In this document: piece after piece, positions 7,513 through 16,360 of the stretch | Numbering within the stretch: the first letter of the stretch is position 1 | Layout of the letters: each line of letters begins with the position of its first letter | Assembly: GCF_001890765.1 (NCBI RefSeq) | Contig: NZ_KV878783.1 | Location: forward strand, 643,625 to 667,624 | Source: Spirulina major PCC 6313 | GTDB lineage: Bacteria > Cyanobacteriota > Cyanobacteriia > Cyanobacteriales > Spirulinaceae | Direction: 5' to 3' | Length of the DNA stretch: 24,000 nt | The notes under the pieces: model-generated | Databases searched by the model: none | The model's input: the letters and a program-made list of their open reading frames with translations, nothing else | Told to the model about the DNA's origin: nothing | Position numbers and translations under genes: made by a program

Positions 7513-7882
7513 GATTATATTGGATTTCAAACGTCCAGGAACGATCACAAGGCTAAAAACCGACAGGCCGGGAAGCATTTAAGGGTAAGCAGGCAGCGTA
7601 ATGAGTGGGCGGATTGCCGACTGCGTCATCCAATCTAACGATTTGGTCGCCTCGGAAGACTTGAAGGTGAACGGGTTAGTCTGGGATCGGCATCGGGCTG
7701 AGTCGATAGTGAAGCAGGTTTGTATGCTGCGCCTAGGACTAACTACCGTGGGGCACAGGGGAAGTTATCCGCTTGGGGAGATTAAACCTCTGGCTGGGTT
7801 GGAGCAATCCTGCTCGGTTAAGTCCGGTCGATGAACCAAGAATCCCCGTCGCTGTCTTCGCGGGGAGTGTCAACAGTATTCG
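7513..7882 (+). mobile_element. Non-autonomous remnant of a TnpB-encoding (IS200/IS605-type) element, copy A. It has a decayed internal tnpB fragment and a structured 3' end with a terminal hairpin.
   Basis: It is about 94% identical to the reverse complement of 23480-23849. Two adjacent frames read ...VSRQRNEW... and ...SGRIADCVIQSNDLVASEDLKVNGLV..., which resemble the TnpB segment around the RuvC-II glutamate (hhhhEDLnvkgM). A ccccg...cgggg hairpin lies at 7844-7866 near the end. Confidence 0.6.
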
Positions 7883-8245
7883 ACTGTTTTTGGCAGAGGT
7901 TGATCTTCCCGGCAAGTCATTAGTTTAAACTCCGGTTCTAGCCCGCAAAACGGCCGCAACGATGGGAAAAAAACCAAGGCAAATTGACCCTGACGCGATG
8001 GGCTAGGGGGATCAATTCATGGCAAAACAGCCAAACGCGGCAGGGGAAGATTTTTGCCGTCCATGTGCTTAATGAATACATTTGCATTGATTCAGAGATT
8101 CAACGGATCGCAATGTGGGCGACAACGGGGCAGGAAAGGGGAGAAGCTTGCTGATGGTTTTCCGGTGGATTGGGAATGAGGCCACGGCCAAAATAACCCC
8201 CTCTTTAGCGGGGGAAGACTTTGCACGGAAAGTCTTCCGGCTAGG

Positions 8246-11158
8246 ATGAAAAGGGATTGTATTGCCCTCTACCCGCTGAGACTTTTGGTTATGAGCTTTT
8301 CTCTATACCGGTGGCTCGCTGAACATCAGGTTCCCCTGGCTGCACTGCAACACCCTGGCCGCGTTGTGGAGGGGGTGAGCCATCGTGTGATTCAAGCGAT
8401 GCAGCAACAACAGCTTGGTCTGAATGATTTAGCTCCTGTGGCGGAGGTGTTGCAGTGGCCGTTGGGAACGTTGCGATCGCACCTGGCCGCCGTGGCTGAA
8501 TTGACGATAACCCTCCTCTGTGCCTGGCCGGTGCATGAGCGGCAATGCGATCGCACCGCTGTGATTAGCCTGGGGGTGCAGATCGCCTATCTCGACAGTT
8601 GGCGGCAATTTCTCGACCAAGAAACCGAGCGCGATCGCCCCTGGCTCTATCGCGCCGATCTCCCCACCGATCACGCCCAACCCACCCCCCTCGCCGATGT
8701 CACCCTCCACACCTACCTCACCGCCCTCAAAACCCACGCCCTCGGCGACAGTGAAGCCGTCCAAGTCCTGATCCAGTGGGACGAATCCCCCTACATCCAA
8801 CAGTTGCAAACCGTTGCGATTACTTGGCTCGGAGCCAGTGGAGTCAGTGAATCCGAAGCCCGACTGTTGGCCCATCGGATTATCACCGCCCTTCCCGGTC
8901 ACGTCATGGCGCGAGTTCTCGCCCATCCCGAACCCCTCACCCCCATCCAGCAGCGTTTCTATCCCGCCGCCCTCACTCCCCATCGCATTGCCACGGAACA
9001 ATGCCGCGCTCACTTTCTCCAGCAGCAAAGCCTGCCCCTCTTTGATGAACCCTTTGCCAGCGGCGATCTTTGTATTCCTCTCCACGTCCAACCCGATGGC
9101 GGCCATCCCTTAGCGTTGGCGCAATGGCTGAAGCAAGAACGCCCCCACACCACCCCGATTACAGTGATCACAGGGCCAATGGGGAGCGGCAAAAGCCAGA
9201 CAGTGCGACAGTGGATGGTAGGGTTGGCGCTGGATTTGGAAAATGAGATGGCGTTACCCTTGTGGATTCGCCTGGATGGGGTGCAGTTGGGGGCAAATTT
9301 TGAAGCGACCTTAGCCTCGGTGCTGGGGGATGTGCCTTGGGCCGAGCGCGATTGTGTGGTGGTTTTGGATGGGTTGGATCAATTGCGGCGATCGCCCGAT
9401 GCCTTTGATACGGTGGCGGTGTTTCTCTGTCAGTTGGAGCAGTTTCACCGCACGACGGCCTATCGCCATAAGTTCATTCTCACAACGCGCCCGGACACCT
9501 TCCCCCCCGGTTGGCACAGTGCGATCGCCTATTCCACCGCCACCCTGCAACCCCTCGACCGCGACGGGTGGCAATTGTGGTTTAAACGCTGGTCGATGCT
9601 GACGAATAAGGCGAAATCCCATGAGTATTTTTCTTTACTAAAAGGGGTGGGCTGTTTTCGGAAAACGAAACACCACTTGTTGCCCTGGGCGTTGTGGCCG
9701 CTGTCGCTCTATCTCTTGGGGCGACTCCATCGCGAGGGACACCTCGAACGGCGCTGGTTTCTGCTGTCGCGATCGCTGATTGAAACCGAAATCGCCACCC
9801 ATCTCCTCGCCAGCGTCGCCTATAACCCATCTCCCCTCCGTCAGCCCCTGCTCGCAACCTGGCAAGGCACGGCGGTGACGGTGGATCTACCCCTCTCGGC
9901 GCTCCTCTTCCGACAGGGTTCCCCCCTCACCCTGTCCCATTCCTACTTTGTGCCGGTGCTGATGGCCGATCCCCTGATCCATCACCTGCGTCAGATTAGC
10001 GATCGCACCCTCGCCCCTTACGCTCCCCACGGGTCGCACCTGCCCGACGTGGCGGCGATCGCGGCTCACCTCTACCCCATTTTCGGGGCCCAAATCATCC
10101 CGCATCCCCTGTGGAATCTAATCCTAGAGCAATTTCCAGCGGCTCAATTCCCGGATCTGCTCAGTGTGATCGATGCGTTCTATCGCACCTATCTCCGCAG
10201 TCAATGGCGCGATGCCGGGTTAACCCACCGCACCTATCAAGACCTACGCGATCGCGGCAATCCCCACCATGCCGAACAGATCGAAGCGATCGTCGGGATC
10301 AATACCCTCGTCCTCCTCTGTCTGCTCAACCAACGCCTCGGCAGCCCCTGCTATCCCGGCGGTGATCCGGATCAGGGAGAAGGCGATCGCTTTGCCCATC
10401 TTCTCCATCGCCTCGCCCTGCTGAACCCTGACGGGATTCAAACCCACATCGGCCCCATCCTCCCCCAAGTCCATCTCCCCCGCGCCCGCCTCCGAGGCAC
10501 TCATTTACAAGGGGTTGATCTCAATCGTGCCGACCTCCAACAGGCCGACCTCAGCTATGCCAACCTCGCCCATAGCGACCTCACCCAAGCCAACCTCCAA
10601 GGGGCTAATTTAACCGGCGCAAACCTCAGCCACGCCAACTTCTACCGCGCCAACCTTGAAGGAGCGAATTTAACCGGCGCGAACCTGACCGGCACAGTCC
10701 TCCGGCAAGCCACCCTCACCGATGCCTGTATTGTGAATGTCAGCCTCAACCCAGAACAGCAGCAATGGATGACGGAGGGGTCAGTTGTGCAGGCATCGGG
10801 GGCAATGATGCCTGCGACTGACCCAGAGCAAGCCCCCCTCACTGCCGGGTCAATTGAAGTGGCAGAAGGGCGACCAATTCTCCCCGATGCGTGGGACAGT
10901 GACTATATTGCGAATTTAGCCGCTCCCCCGGATGCGAATACGTTAATGATGCCAGAGGGGGAAATGCCCCTCGGCAGGAGTGATGATGCGACAGTGATTG
11001 ATCCCGACAGTCCGGATTTGGAACTGTACGGCGATCGCATCCATGAATCCCTCAGTGCCTACAGTCCCCTCGCTGGCCATGAGGATGAAACGCTGATTCC
11101 GGATGTGGGGCCAGAGTTAGATACCGATGGGGATGATGCCGACACGATTCCGGCTTAG
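8246..11158 (+). CDS. NACHT/STAND P-loop NTPase with C-terminal pentapeptide repeats and an acidic tail. An alternative start is the ATG at 8291.
   Basis: NACHT hallmarks are present: Walker A ITGPMGSGKS (about 9172-9195), Walker B VVVLDGLDQL and the FILTTRP motif. About 18 pentapeptide repeats (A(D/N)LxX) occupy 10490-10750. The first ~300 aa match nothing I recognise. Confidence 0.9.
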   Translation: MKRDCIALYPLRLLVMSFSLYRWLAEHQVPLAALQHPGRVVEGVSHRVIQAMQQQQLGLNDLAPVAEVLQWPLGTLRSHLAAVAELTITLLCAWPVHERQCDRTAVISLGVQIAYLDSWRQFLDQETERDRPWLYRADLPTDHAQPTPLADVTLHTYLTALKTHALGDSEAVQVLIQWDESPYIQQLQTVAITWLGASGVSESEARLLAHRIITALPGHVMARVLAHPEPLTPIQQRFYPAALTPHRIATEQCRAHFLQQQSLPLFDEPFASGDLCIPLHVQPDGGHPLALAQWLKQERPHTTPITVITGPMGSGKSQTVRQWMVGLALDLENEMALPLWIRLDGVQLGANFEATLASVLGDVPWAERDCVVVLDGLDQLRRSPDAFDTVAVFLCQLEQFHRTTAYRHKFILTTRPDTFPPGWHSAIAYSTATLQPLDRDGWQLWFKRWSMLTNKAKSHEYFSLLKGVGCFRKTKHHLLPWALWPLSLYLLGRLHREGHLERRWFLLSRSLIETEIATHLLASVAYNPSPLRQPLLATWQGTAVTVDLPLSALLFRQGSPLTLSHSYFVPVLMADPLIHHLRQISDRTLAPYAPHGSHLPDVAAIAAHLYPIFGAQIIPHPLWNLILEQFPAAQFPDLLSVIDAFYRTYLRSQWRDAGLTHRTYQDLRDRGNPHHAEQIEAIVGINTLVLLCLLNQRLGSPCYPGGDPDQGEGDRFAHLLHRLALLNPDGIQTHIGPILPQVHLPRARLRGTHLQGVDLNRADLQQADLSYANLAHSDLTQANLQGANLTGANLSHANFYRANLEGANLTGANLTGTVLRQATLTDACIVNVSLNPEQQQWMTEGSVVQASGAMMPATDPEQAPLTAGSIEVAEGRPILPDAWDSDYIANLAAPPDANTLMMPEGEMPLGRSDDATVIDPDSPDLELYGDRIHESLSAYSPLAGHEDETLIPDVGPELDTDGDDADTIPA
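10490..10750 (+). repeat. Coding tandem repeat with 15-nt periodicity, encoding the pentapeptide-repeat beta-helix
   Basis: The region reads LRGTHLQGVDLNRADLQQADLSYANLAHSDLTQANLQGANLTGANLSHANFYRANLEGANLTGANLTGTVLRQATLTDA. Near-duplicate nucleotide blocks aatttaaccggcgc(a/g)aacct occur twice. Confidence 0.85.
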
Positions 11159-12480
11159 GGGTTGTCTTGACCCCTGGGGCGGCTCATGCCTGCAATCAGG
11201 GTCAGCAACAACCACCCTAGGAAGTTAGTGCGAAAATCAAAAATCGACACATCAAAACAGTTATAAAGTACACAAAGACCCCAGGCCAGCCCCAGGGCAA
11301 ACAGGATGGGTTGCTGCTGGGGGCGATCGCGCCGCTGCACTCTCGGCATTGACTTCCCAATCCACCAGCCCGCTCGCCAACAAACCCAGCCCACCCAAAC
11401 CACAAAAAACAAAGCCAGGGGAATCCCCCATTCCACCCCCCAGAGCAGAAAAATATTGTGGGGATGGGCCACCCACACCCCCATCGCGGGTTCGTACAGA
11501 CGTTCAAAACTGCGCACCCCCCACCCCCACAGCGGGCGGTCTTGGATGCGATCGAGGGCGAATTGCCAAACGCTAACGCGAGACAGGGCATCGGGAAGCG
11601 GGTACATTTCCCCGGATAACCGTCCCCAGAGGGCAAAGGGAATGATTTCGCGCAGGGATGCACCACCTTGAGCCGGTAAGAAGGCTGCCCACAGCACCGA
11701 TCCCCCAAATCCCCCCGCGAAACAGAGCAGCCACCACCACCGCGCATAGAGAGCGATCGCTAACCCTGCCACCATCGCCAACATCCAGCCATTGCGAGAT
11801 TGGGTCATCCAGAGGGTGGAGGTATTCCCCAAAATAATGCTGCTCAACCCCACGAGGCGGATCAGCGTGCTGTTCTGCCCGGTGCTGCGCCAATTGCGCC
11901 AGGATATGAGCCAAAGACCGAGGGCAAAACAAAGGATGATCGCTAGGTAAAACCCATAGTTATTGGCATAGAAAAAGCCGGAGGACATCCGCAGCCAGGG
12001 CGACCCACCGGGCAGCATCGACCAGCCGAACATTCCCGACCACCATTCGGGGGTTTGCCAATCCCAGAGCATTTGCCCCCAACCAAGAATGATGTGAGGC
12101 ACGGAGCCGATCACCAATAAAAAGGCGATCCGTTGGAGTTGGGCGGCGGTGCGCACGAGGTCGGGAATGACGGCAAAAAAGAGGTAAAAGGGTCCGTAGT
12201 TCGCCATCCCCAAGAGGGCATCAAGGGGGCGATCGCAATAGGCGACGCTGACCAATTGCAAGACGAAGAGCAGGCCGAGGGCTTGGTTGATGGGGTGCGA
12301 TCGCCACTGTGCCCAGGTTCGTTGTGCCGTCCCCAATAAGGCCGCCGCTACAAACAAAAAAAACGGACTCGGAAACAGAAAAAACCCCAACAGCCCAATC
12401 TGTAAGCTGTGCCACTCCCAGCGGGTTTCGGGGGGCGGCAGGGGTTGAGCAGGGGCGATCGCAGGGTTATCGGTGTTCAA
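11155..12480 (-). CDS. O-antigen ligase/polymerase family (Wzy_C-type) polytopic membrane protein
   Basis: The 441-aa product has about 10 or more TM helices. It carries the family motifs TQSRNGWLAM and HPHNIFLLWGVEWGIP. Its stop overlaps the NACHT gene stop by 4 nt in convergent orientation. Confidence 0.85.
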   Translation of the reverse strand: MNTDNPAIAPAQPLPPPETRWEWHSLQIGLLGFFLFPSPFFLFVAAALLGTAQRTWAQWRSHPINQALGLLFVLQLVSVAYCDRPLDALLGMANYGPFYLFFAVIPDLVRTAAQLQRIAFLLVIGSVPHIILGWGQMLWDWQTPEWWSGMFGWSMLPGGSPWLRMSSGFFYANNYGFYLAIILCFALGLWLISWRNWRSTGQNSTLIRLVGLSSIILGNTSTLWMTQSRNGWMLAMVAGLAIALYARWWWLLCFAGGFGGSVLWAAFLPAQGGASLREIIPFALWGRLSGEMYPLPDALSRVSVWQFALDRIQDRPLWGWGVRSFERLYEPAMGVWVAHPHNIFLLWGVEWGIPLALFFVVWVGWVCWRAGWWIGKSMPRVQRRDRPQQQPILFALGLAWGLCVLYNCFDVSIFDFRTNFLGWLLLTLIAGMSRPRGQDNP

Positions 12481-12554
12481 GAGTTCAGACGGGAGACAGA
12501 ATCACAGCAAAACGGGCAAGGCAGCGACGGGGAACGGTTCCCCAGCGGCGGGCA

Positions 12555-12782
12555 TTATTGGGGCGTTTTTTGCAGATCGGCACGTTCTTCGGGAAGGATC
12601 GCCCCTTCAACGGGACAGACTTGGAGACAGATCGCGCAATCAATACAGGTTTGAAAGTCAATCCAAAACCAGTCTGTACCTTTACTGTTTTTGCCGGGGC
12701 CGGGATGGATGCAGGCCACCGGACAGGCGGCGACGCAATCGGCAACACCTTCACAGACTTCCGTGACAATCGTGTGGGGCAT
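12555..12782 (-). CDS. Small dicluster ferredoxin, probably 7Fe type ([3Fe-4S] plus [4Fe-4S])
   Basis: The 75-aa product has a first motif C-x5-C-x3-CP (CEGVADCVAACP), in which the second Cys is missing. The second motif is the canonical CIDCAICLQVCP. Confidence 0.9.
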   Translation of the reverse strand: MPHTIVTEVCEGVADCVAACPVACIHPGPGKNSKGTDWFWIDFQTCIDCAICLQVCPVEGAILPEERADLQKTPQ

Positions 12783-12862
12783 GGTTGTTAATATTTCTTT
12801 AACAAAGTCACGGCCTATTTTAAGGGGTGACGGGATCTATGGGGTGGGCTGAAATTCTGTCC

Positions 12863-13357
12863 CTAGGGCAAATTATTCCGCTCGACGATCGCAAGATCCC
12901 ATTGCCCCAATTGGTTGGTTTGAAACGCCACTTGGGAACCGTCGCCGCTGATCGTGGGATTTTTCACCGTGCCGCGTAGGTTGGCGGTGAGGAGTTGCGA
13001 TCGCTGGGTTTGGCGATCGTACACCAGCACATCGGAGCGGCCGCGTTCGGTGGAAACGTAGGCCAGATAGCGACCGTCGGCACTGAGGGCGGGTTGGTCT
13101 TGGCTGGAATCGCGGCGGTTTAAATTGGGCAGGGGGACGAGTTGGCGCGTTTGGAGGTCGTAGAGGAAGAGATCGCGCTGACCGTTGCGATCGCTGCTAA
13201 AGGCCAAATATCGCCCATCGCCGCTGTAGCTCGGCCCTTCTTCGGGGGTATCGCTATTTAATCCCCCTGTGGGAATTTGCGGCTGAATGAACAGAGCACA
13301 ACCGCTACAAATCCAGCCCAAAATAACGATCGCGCCCCCATGCCTAATCCAGCGCAT
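12863..13357 (-). CDS. TolB-like PD40 beta-propeller repeat lipoprotein (short form)
   Basis: The start is placed at [20 protein letters not shown] (lipobox ICSGC), with the ATG at 13357 verified. Repeated units read DGRYLAF/Y.S.R.G..D(L/V)..YD. The CDS overlaps the upstream paralogue by 14 nt. Confidence 0.8.
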   Translation of the reverse strand: MRWIRHGGAIVILGWICSGCALFIQPQIPTGGLNSDTPEEGPSYSGDGRYLAFSSDRNGQRDLFLYDLQTRQLVPLPNLNRRDSSQDQPALSADGRYLAYVSTERGRSDVLVYDRQTQRSQLLTANLRGTVKNPTISGDGSQVAFQTNQLGQWDLAIVERNNLP

Positions 13358-13847
13358 TACCTTGACGGTCGTAGACCCTAATATTCCAGCGTCCGTCTTC
13401 GTTGGCTTCAAAGGCGATCGCTTCCCCGTTGGCACTGATCACCGGGCGGCGGACTTCGGCTTGGAGGGTTTCAGTGAGGTTTTGGGTTAGGCCGGTGTCG
13501 CGATCGTAGACATAAATGTCCGCCAACCCTAAGCGGCTGCTCATGTAGGCAATGTAGCGGCCATCTTCGGAAATGGTGGGGTCGTTAACGCTGGCATCGA
13601 GGGAGTTTAAGCCCGGCAGATCAATTAACTGTCGTTGGGCCATGTCGAAAAGAAAGACATCCTGAGACCCTTTGCGATCGGAGACGAGGATTAGATAATC
13701 CCCCACCATTTGGGGCGAGAGTTCCGAGGCGGGGGTGTTCACGCCGCGACCGCCCGCATCATAGGGTAAGTTGAGCGATCGCGGATAGCCCTGACACCCC
13801 GCAAGCATCAGCCCCAAGAGGCAAAACCAAACTTTTTTTCCGAGCAT
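13344..13847 (-). CDS. TolB-like PD40 beta-propeller repeat lipoprotein (short form), a paralogue of the downstream gene
   Basis: The start is placed at [18 protein letters not shown] (lipobox LAGC), with the ATG at 13847 verified. PD40-type repeats are present ([46 protein letters not shown]). Confidence 0.8.
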   Translation of the reverse strand: MLGKKVWFCLLGLMLAGCQGYPRSLNLPYDAGGRGVNTPASELSPQMVGDYLILVSDRKGSQDVFLFDMAQRQLIDLPGLNSLDASVNDPTISEDGRYIAYMSSRLGLADIYVYDRDTGLTQNLTETLQAEVRRPVISANGEAIAFEANEDGRWNIRVYDRQGNALD

Positions 13848-13934
13848 TCCGTAACGTATCAACAAGGGCGAGGGGCGGGGTGTTCTTCCGCAGGAACAAT
13901 TCCTGTAGAATACTTTAGCCTCTATCCTGTCCCC

Positions 13935-14999
13935 ATGATGCCGGAATTTTACCCTGTGCAATGGGAGGGCGATCGCGTCCTCCTCATCGACCAAACCCGC
14001 CTCCCGGAAACCCTCACCACCGTTGAGATCACCAGCAGCGATGCCATGGCGATCGCGATTAAAACCATGATCGTTCGGGGCGCACCCGCCATCGGCGTAG
14101 CTGCCGCCTATGGAATGTACCTCGGCGCACGGGAATACACCGGCTCGGATCGCGGGGAATTTTTGGCCCATTTAGACGCGATCGCTCAAACCCTGCGCCA
14201 AACCCGCCCCACCGCCGTTAACCTTTTTTGGGCCATTGACCGCCAACTGCACACCGCCCAAACCACCAGCGGCGACCCCGCCACAATCTGCGCCACCCTC
14301 CTGCACACCGCCCAAGCCATCCAAGCCGACGACCTCAACCGCTGCCATGCGATCGGCGATCACGCCCTGAGCATTCTCCCCCCTAGCCCCGAAAAACTGA
14401 CCCTCCTCACCCACTGCAACGCGGGCGGTCTCGCCACCGCTGGTTACGGAACCGCCGTCGGGGTGATTCGTTCTGCATGGCGTGAAAATCGCTTGGGTCG
14501 CGTCTTTGCTGATGAAACCCGCCCCCGTCTCCAAGGAGCCAAACTCACCGCCTGGGAATGTGTCCAAGTGGGCATCCCCGTCACCGTAATTACCGACAAC
14601 ATGGCGGCCCATTGTATGCAGCGGGGCATGATTGATCTCGTCGTCGTCGGGGCCGATCGCATCACCGCCAACGGCGACGCGGCGAACAAGATCGGCACCT
14701 ACGGCCTGGCGGTGATTGCCCAAGCCCATGGTGTACCGTTCTATGTGGCCGCGCCCCTTTCGACGATTGATTTCAAGCTCGCCACCGGGACAGAAATTCC
14801 CATCGAGGAGCGCGATCCGGCGGAAATTTATCAAGTGGGAGATACGCGCCTTTGTCCGGAGGGGGCGGAGTTTTATAATCCGGCGTTTGATGTAACACCG
14901 GCTCGCTTGATTGCCGGGATTATTACCGAGCATGGGGTGTTTGCGCCGGATCAGTTGGGGTCACTGCGCGATCGCGCCACGGCTTCTGCAACCCTGTGA
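13935..14999 (+). CDS. mtnA: S-methyl-5-thioribose-1-phosphate isomerase (methionine salvage)
   Basis: The 354-aa product has [65 protein letters not shown] and NPAFDVTP, which are all hallmarks of MtnA and the eIF2B-related family. Confidence 0.93.
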   Translation: MMPEFYPVQWEGDRVLLIDQTRLPETLTTVEITSSDAMAIAIKTMIVRGAPAIGVAAAYGMYLGAREYTGSDRGEFLAHLDAIAQTLRQTRPTAVNLFWAIDRQLHTAQTTSGDPATICATLLHTAQAIQADDLNRCHAIGDHALSILPPSPEKLTLLTHCNAGGLATAGYGTAVGVIRSAWRENRLGRVFADETRPRLQGAKLTAWECVQVGIPVTVITDNMAAHCMQRGMIDLVVVGADRITANGDAANKIGTYGLAVIAQAHGVPFYVAAPLSTIDFKLATGTEIPIEERDPAEIYQVGDTRLCPEGAEFYNPAFDVTPARLIAGIITEHGVFAPDQLGSLRDRATASATL

Positions 15000-15438
15000 G
15001 TTCTGAATAGGCTAAAAGCCGGATTCTCTGGTTGGTTGAACTCCTGATTTCTTGTGCAACTATCTGAGAAAAGCGCCTTAACTGAAACTGACATTTGATG
15101 ATTAATTTTCTCTGGCGATCGCTTAATAGTTAGCTCAATTCAAGGGCGATCGCCTCCCCAATCCAACAGTTCAGTAAAATCACGTAGAGAGTGAAATGCG
15201 GCTGAATTCAGGCTTATTTAATCCGAAATAATACTGAGATCGCATAAGTTGAGTTGTTTTGACTTCATTTTGACTTTACATAACCAATTCACTCCATCAA
15301 GTTTTAGTAAAATCTGTGCCTGAGGCTATGCCAGCAAACAAGAGTCACGATATTCTGAATGTGTCGGGTTCATCATCGCCATATACTCAATTTTTAGTTC
15401 ATTCTTATTCAAAATCATAGAAACGGAGCACAGAACCC

Positions 15439-16245
15439 ATGAACGTCTTGAAGCATAGCCGCTTAGCCGTATTGTTAGCCGGAGTTGCGATCGCTGTTGG
15501 AGCTAGTGCAGCCCAAGCCTTCACCTTCACCACTAACTACACCGCTTCCCACAGTGGCAGCAACCAGTGGAAAGGCAATTTAATGCTCGATTCCGTCACC
15601 TACGGTGGCCAAACCTACAGTGATTTCAGCTTAGTCAATCGTGCCAACATCGTCAGCAACGATCTTTGGACGGGCGGCAACACCGGAGCCGCCAGTGCTG
15701 ACATGGGCGATTTGGCAACGGTGGGCTTAAAGTCAGAACGGGCGAGCAATAGCGACATTGCCCAAGCCCTGGGAAACAAAAACCTCAGCAGCATCATCGA
15801 CACGGAAGATCGCGGCAACTTTGCCATTGACCTGTTTTTTGACAAAGGCGTACAAGATATTTTGATTTGGGAGCGGGGCAAAAACAGTGCCCTAGATGTG
15901 CAGGCGATCGATGCTGGCGGCAACTTGATCGGTAACTTGTTGGCGCTGGGGAAATCCAATCAAGGGGGCTGGGGTGATGCAGGCTTCAAGCTCGACACCA
16001 AAGAGATTAGGACTGCTCAGTCTGTGGCATCCATCGGCGTGAGCTTGACAGATTTTGGCGTAAATGACAGCGCGATTTATGGCTTACGGGTGATCAGCCG
16101 GGGATCGAGCTACAACGGCCCGGACTGGAAAGTGATGGGAACGGCCGCGAAACCGACAACCAACACCCCGGAACCGTTTTCGATGCTAGGGGGCGCGATC
16201 GCTCTCGGTGGCGCAGCGTTGATGAAGCGTCGCAACAAAGGATAA
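15439..16245 (+). CDS. Secreted PEP-CTERM sorting-domain protein (predicted exosortase substrate)
   Basis: It has an N-terminal signal peptide (...AVGASAAQA) and a C-terminal TPEPFSMLGGAIALGGAALMKRRNKG, that is PEP motif, TM helix and basic tail. A GGAG lies about 10 nt upstream of the ATG. Confidence 0.85.
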   Translation: MNVLKHSRLAVLLAGVAIAVGASAAQAFTFTTNYTASHSGSNQWKGNLMLDSVTYGGQTYSDFSLVNRANIVSNDLWTGGNTGAASADMGDLATVGLKSERASNSDIAQALGNKNLSSIIDTEDRGNFAIDLFFDKGVQDILIWERGKNSALDVQAIDAGGNLIGNLLALGKSNQGGWGDAGFKLDTKEIRTAQSVASIGVSLTDFGVNDSAIYGLRVISRGSSYNGPDWKVMGTAAKPTTNTPEPFSMLGGAIALGGAALMKRRNKG

Positions 16246-16313
16246 ACCGCTATCCTGTCACCCTGACGACGACGCTCCACCCTGCTCAGCTTCGACGACT
16301 ATAGAATTAATTG

Positions 16314-16345
16314 CCCCACGGTTGCGAAATCGTGGGGATTTGTTT
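16314..16345 (+). terminator. Rho-independent terminator after the PEP-CTERM gene
   Basis: A 7-bp stem ccccacg / cgtgggg has a 10-nt loop and is followed by atttgttt. It lies between convergent genes. Confidence 0.65.
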
Positions 16346-16360
16346 GGGTGAGGGCTCCCG

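Noticed and set aside
7601-7834. 77-aa ORF (MSGRIADCVIQSNDLVASEDLKVNGLV...) and its twin at 23528-23761 as a real small-protein gene family
   Set aside because: The two copies differ by 3 synonymous and 7 nonsynonymous changes, which is roughly neutral. The readable part is an internal TnpB fragment continued from another frame, and the ORF has no plausible RBS. I treat it as a decayed transposon-gene remnant or RNA-coding region.
8429-9106. Long antisense ORFs inside confident genes (8429-9106 in the NACHT gene, 14172-14933 in mtnA, 19798-20373 in the kinase, 1116-1544 and 1732-2148 in pntB, 18790-19311 in the PIN/TRAM gene)
   Set aside because: These are the stop-poor antisense frames expected in GC-rich coding DNA. 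The products are Gly/Arg/Pro-rich with no motifs, and the sense strands have strong family signatures.
10490-10750. 15-nt periodic repeats as a possible CRISPR or satellite array
   Set aside because: The periodicity lies in-frame within a long ORF and encodes canonical pentapeptide repeats (A[DN]LxX). There is no repeat-spacer structure.
13848-14171. Upstream extension of the TolB-like ORF (275-aa version), which overlaps the mtnA start
   Set aside because: A signal peptide and lipobox ([18 protein letters not shown]) appear at the internal Met at 13847. The extension runs antisense through the well-supported mtnA 5' end.
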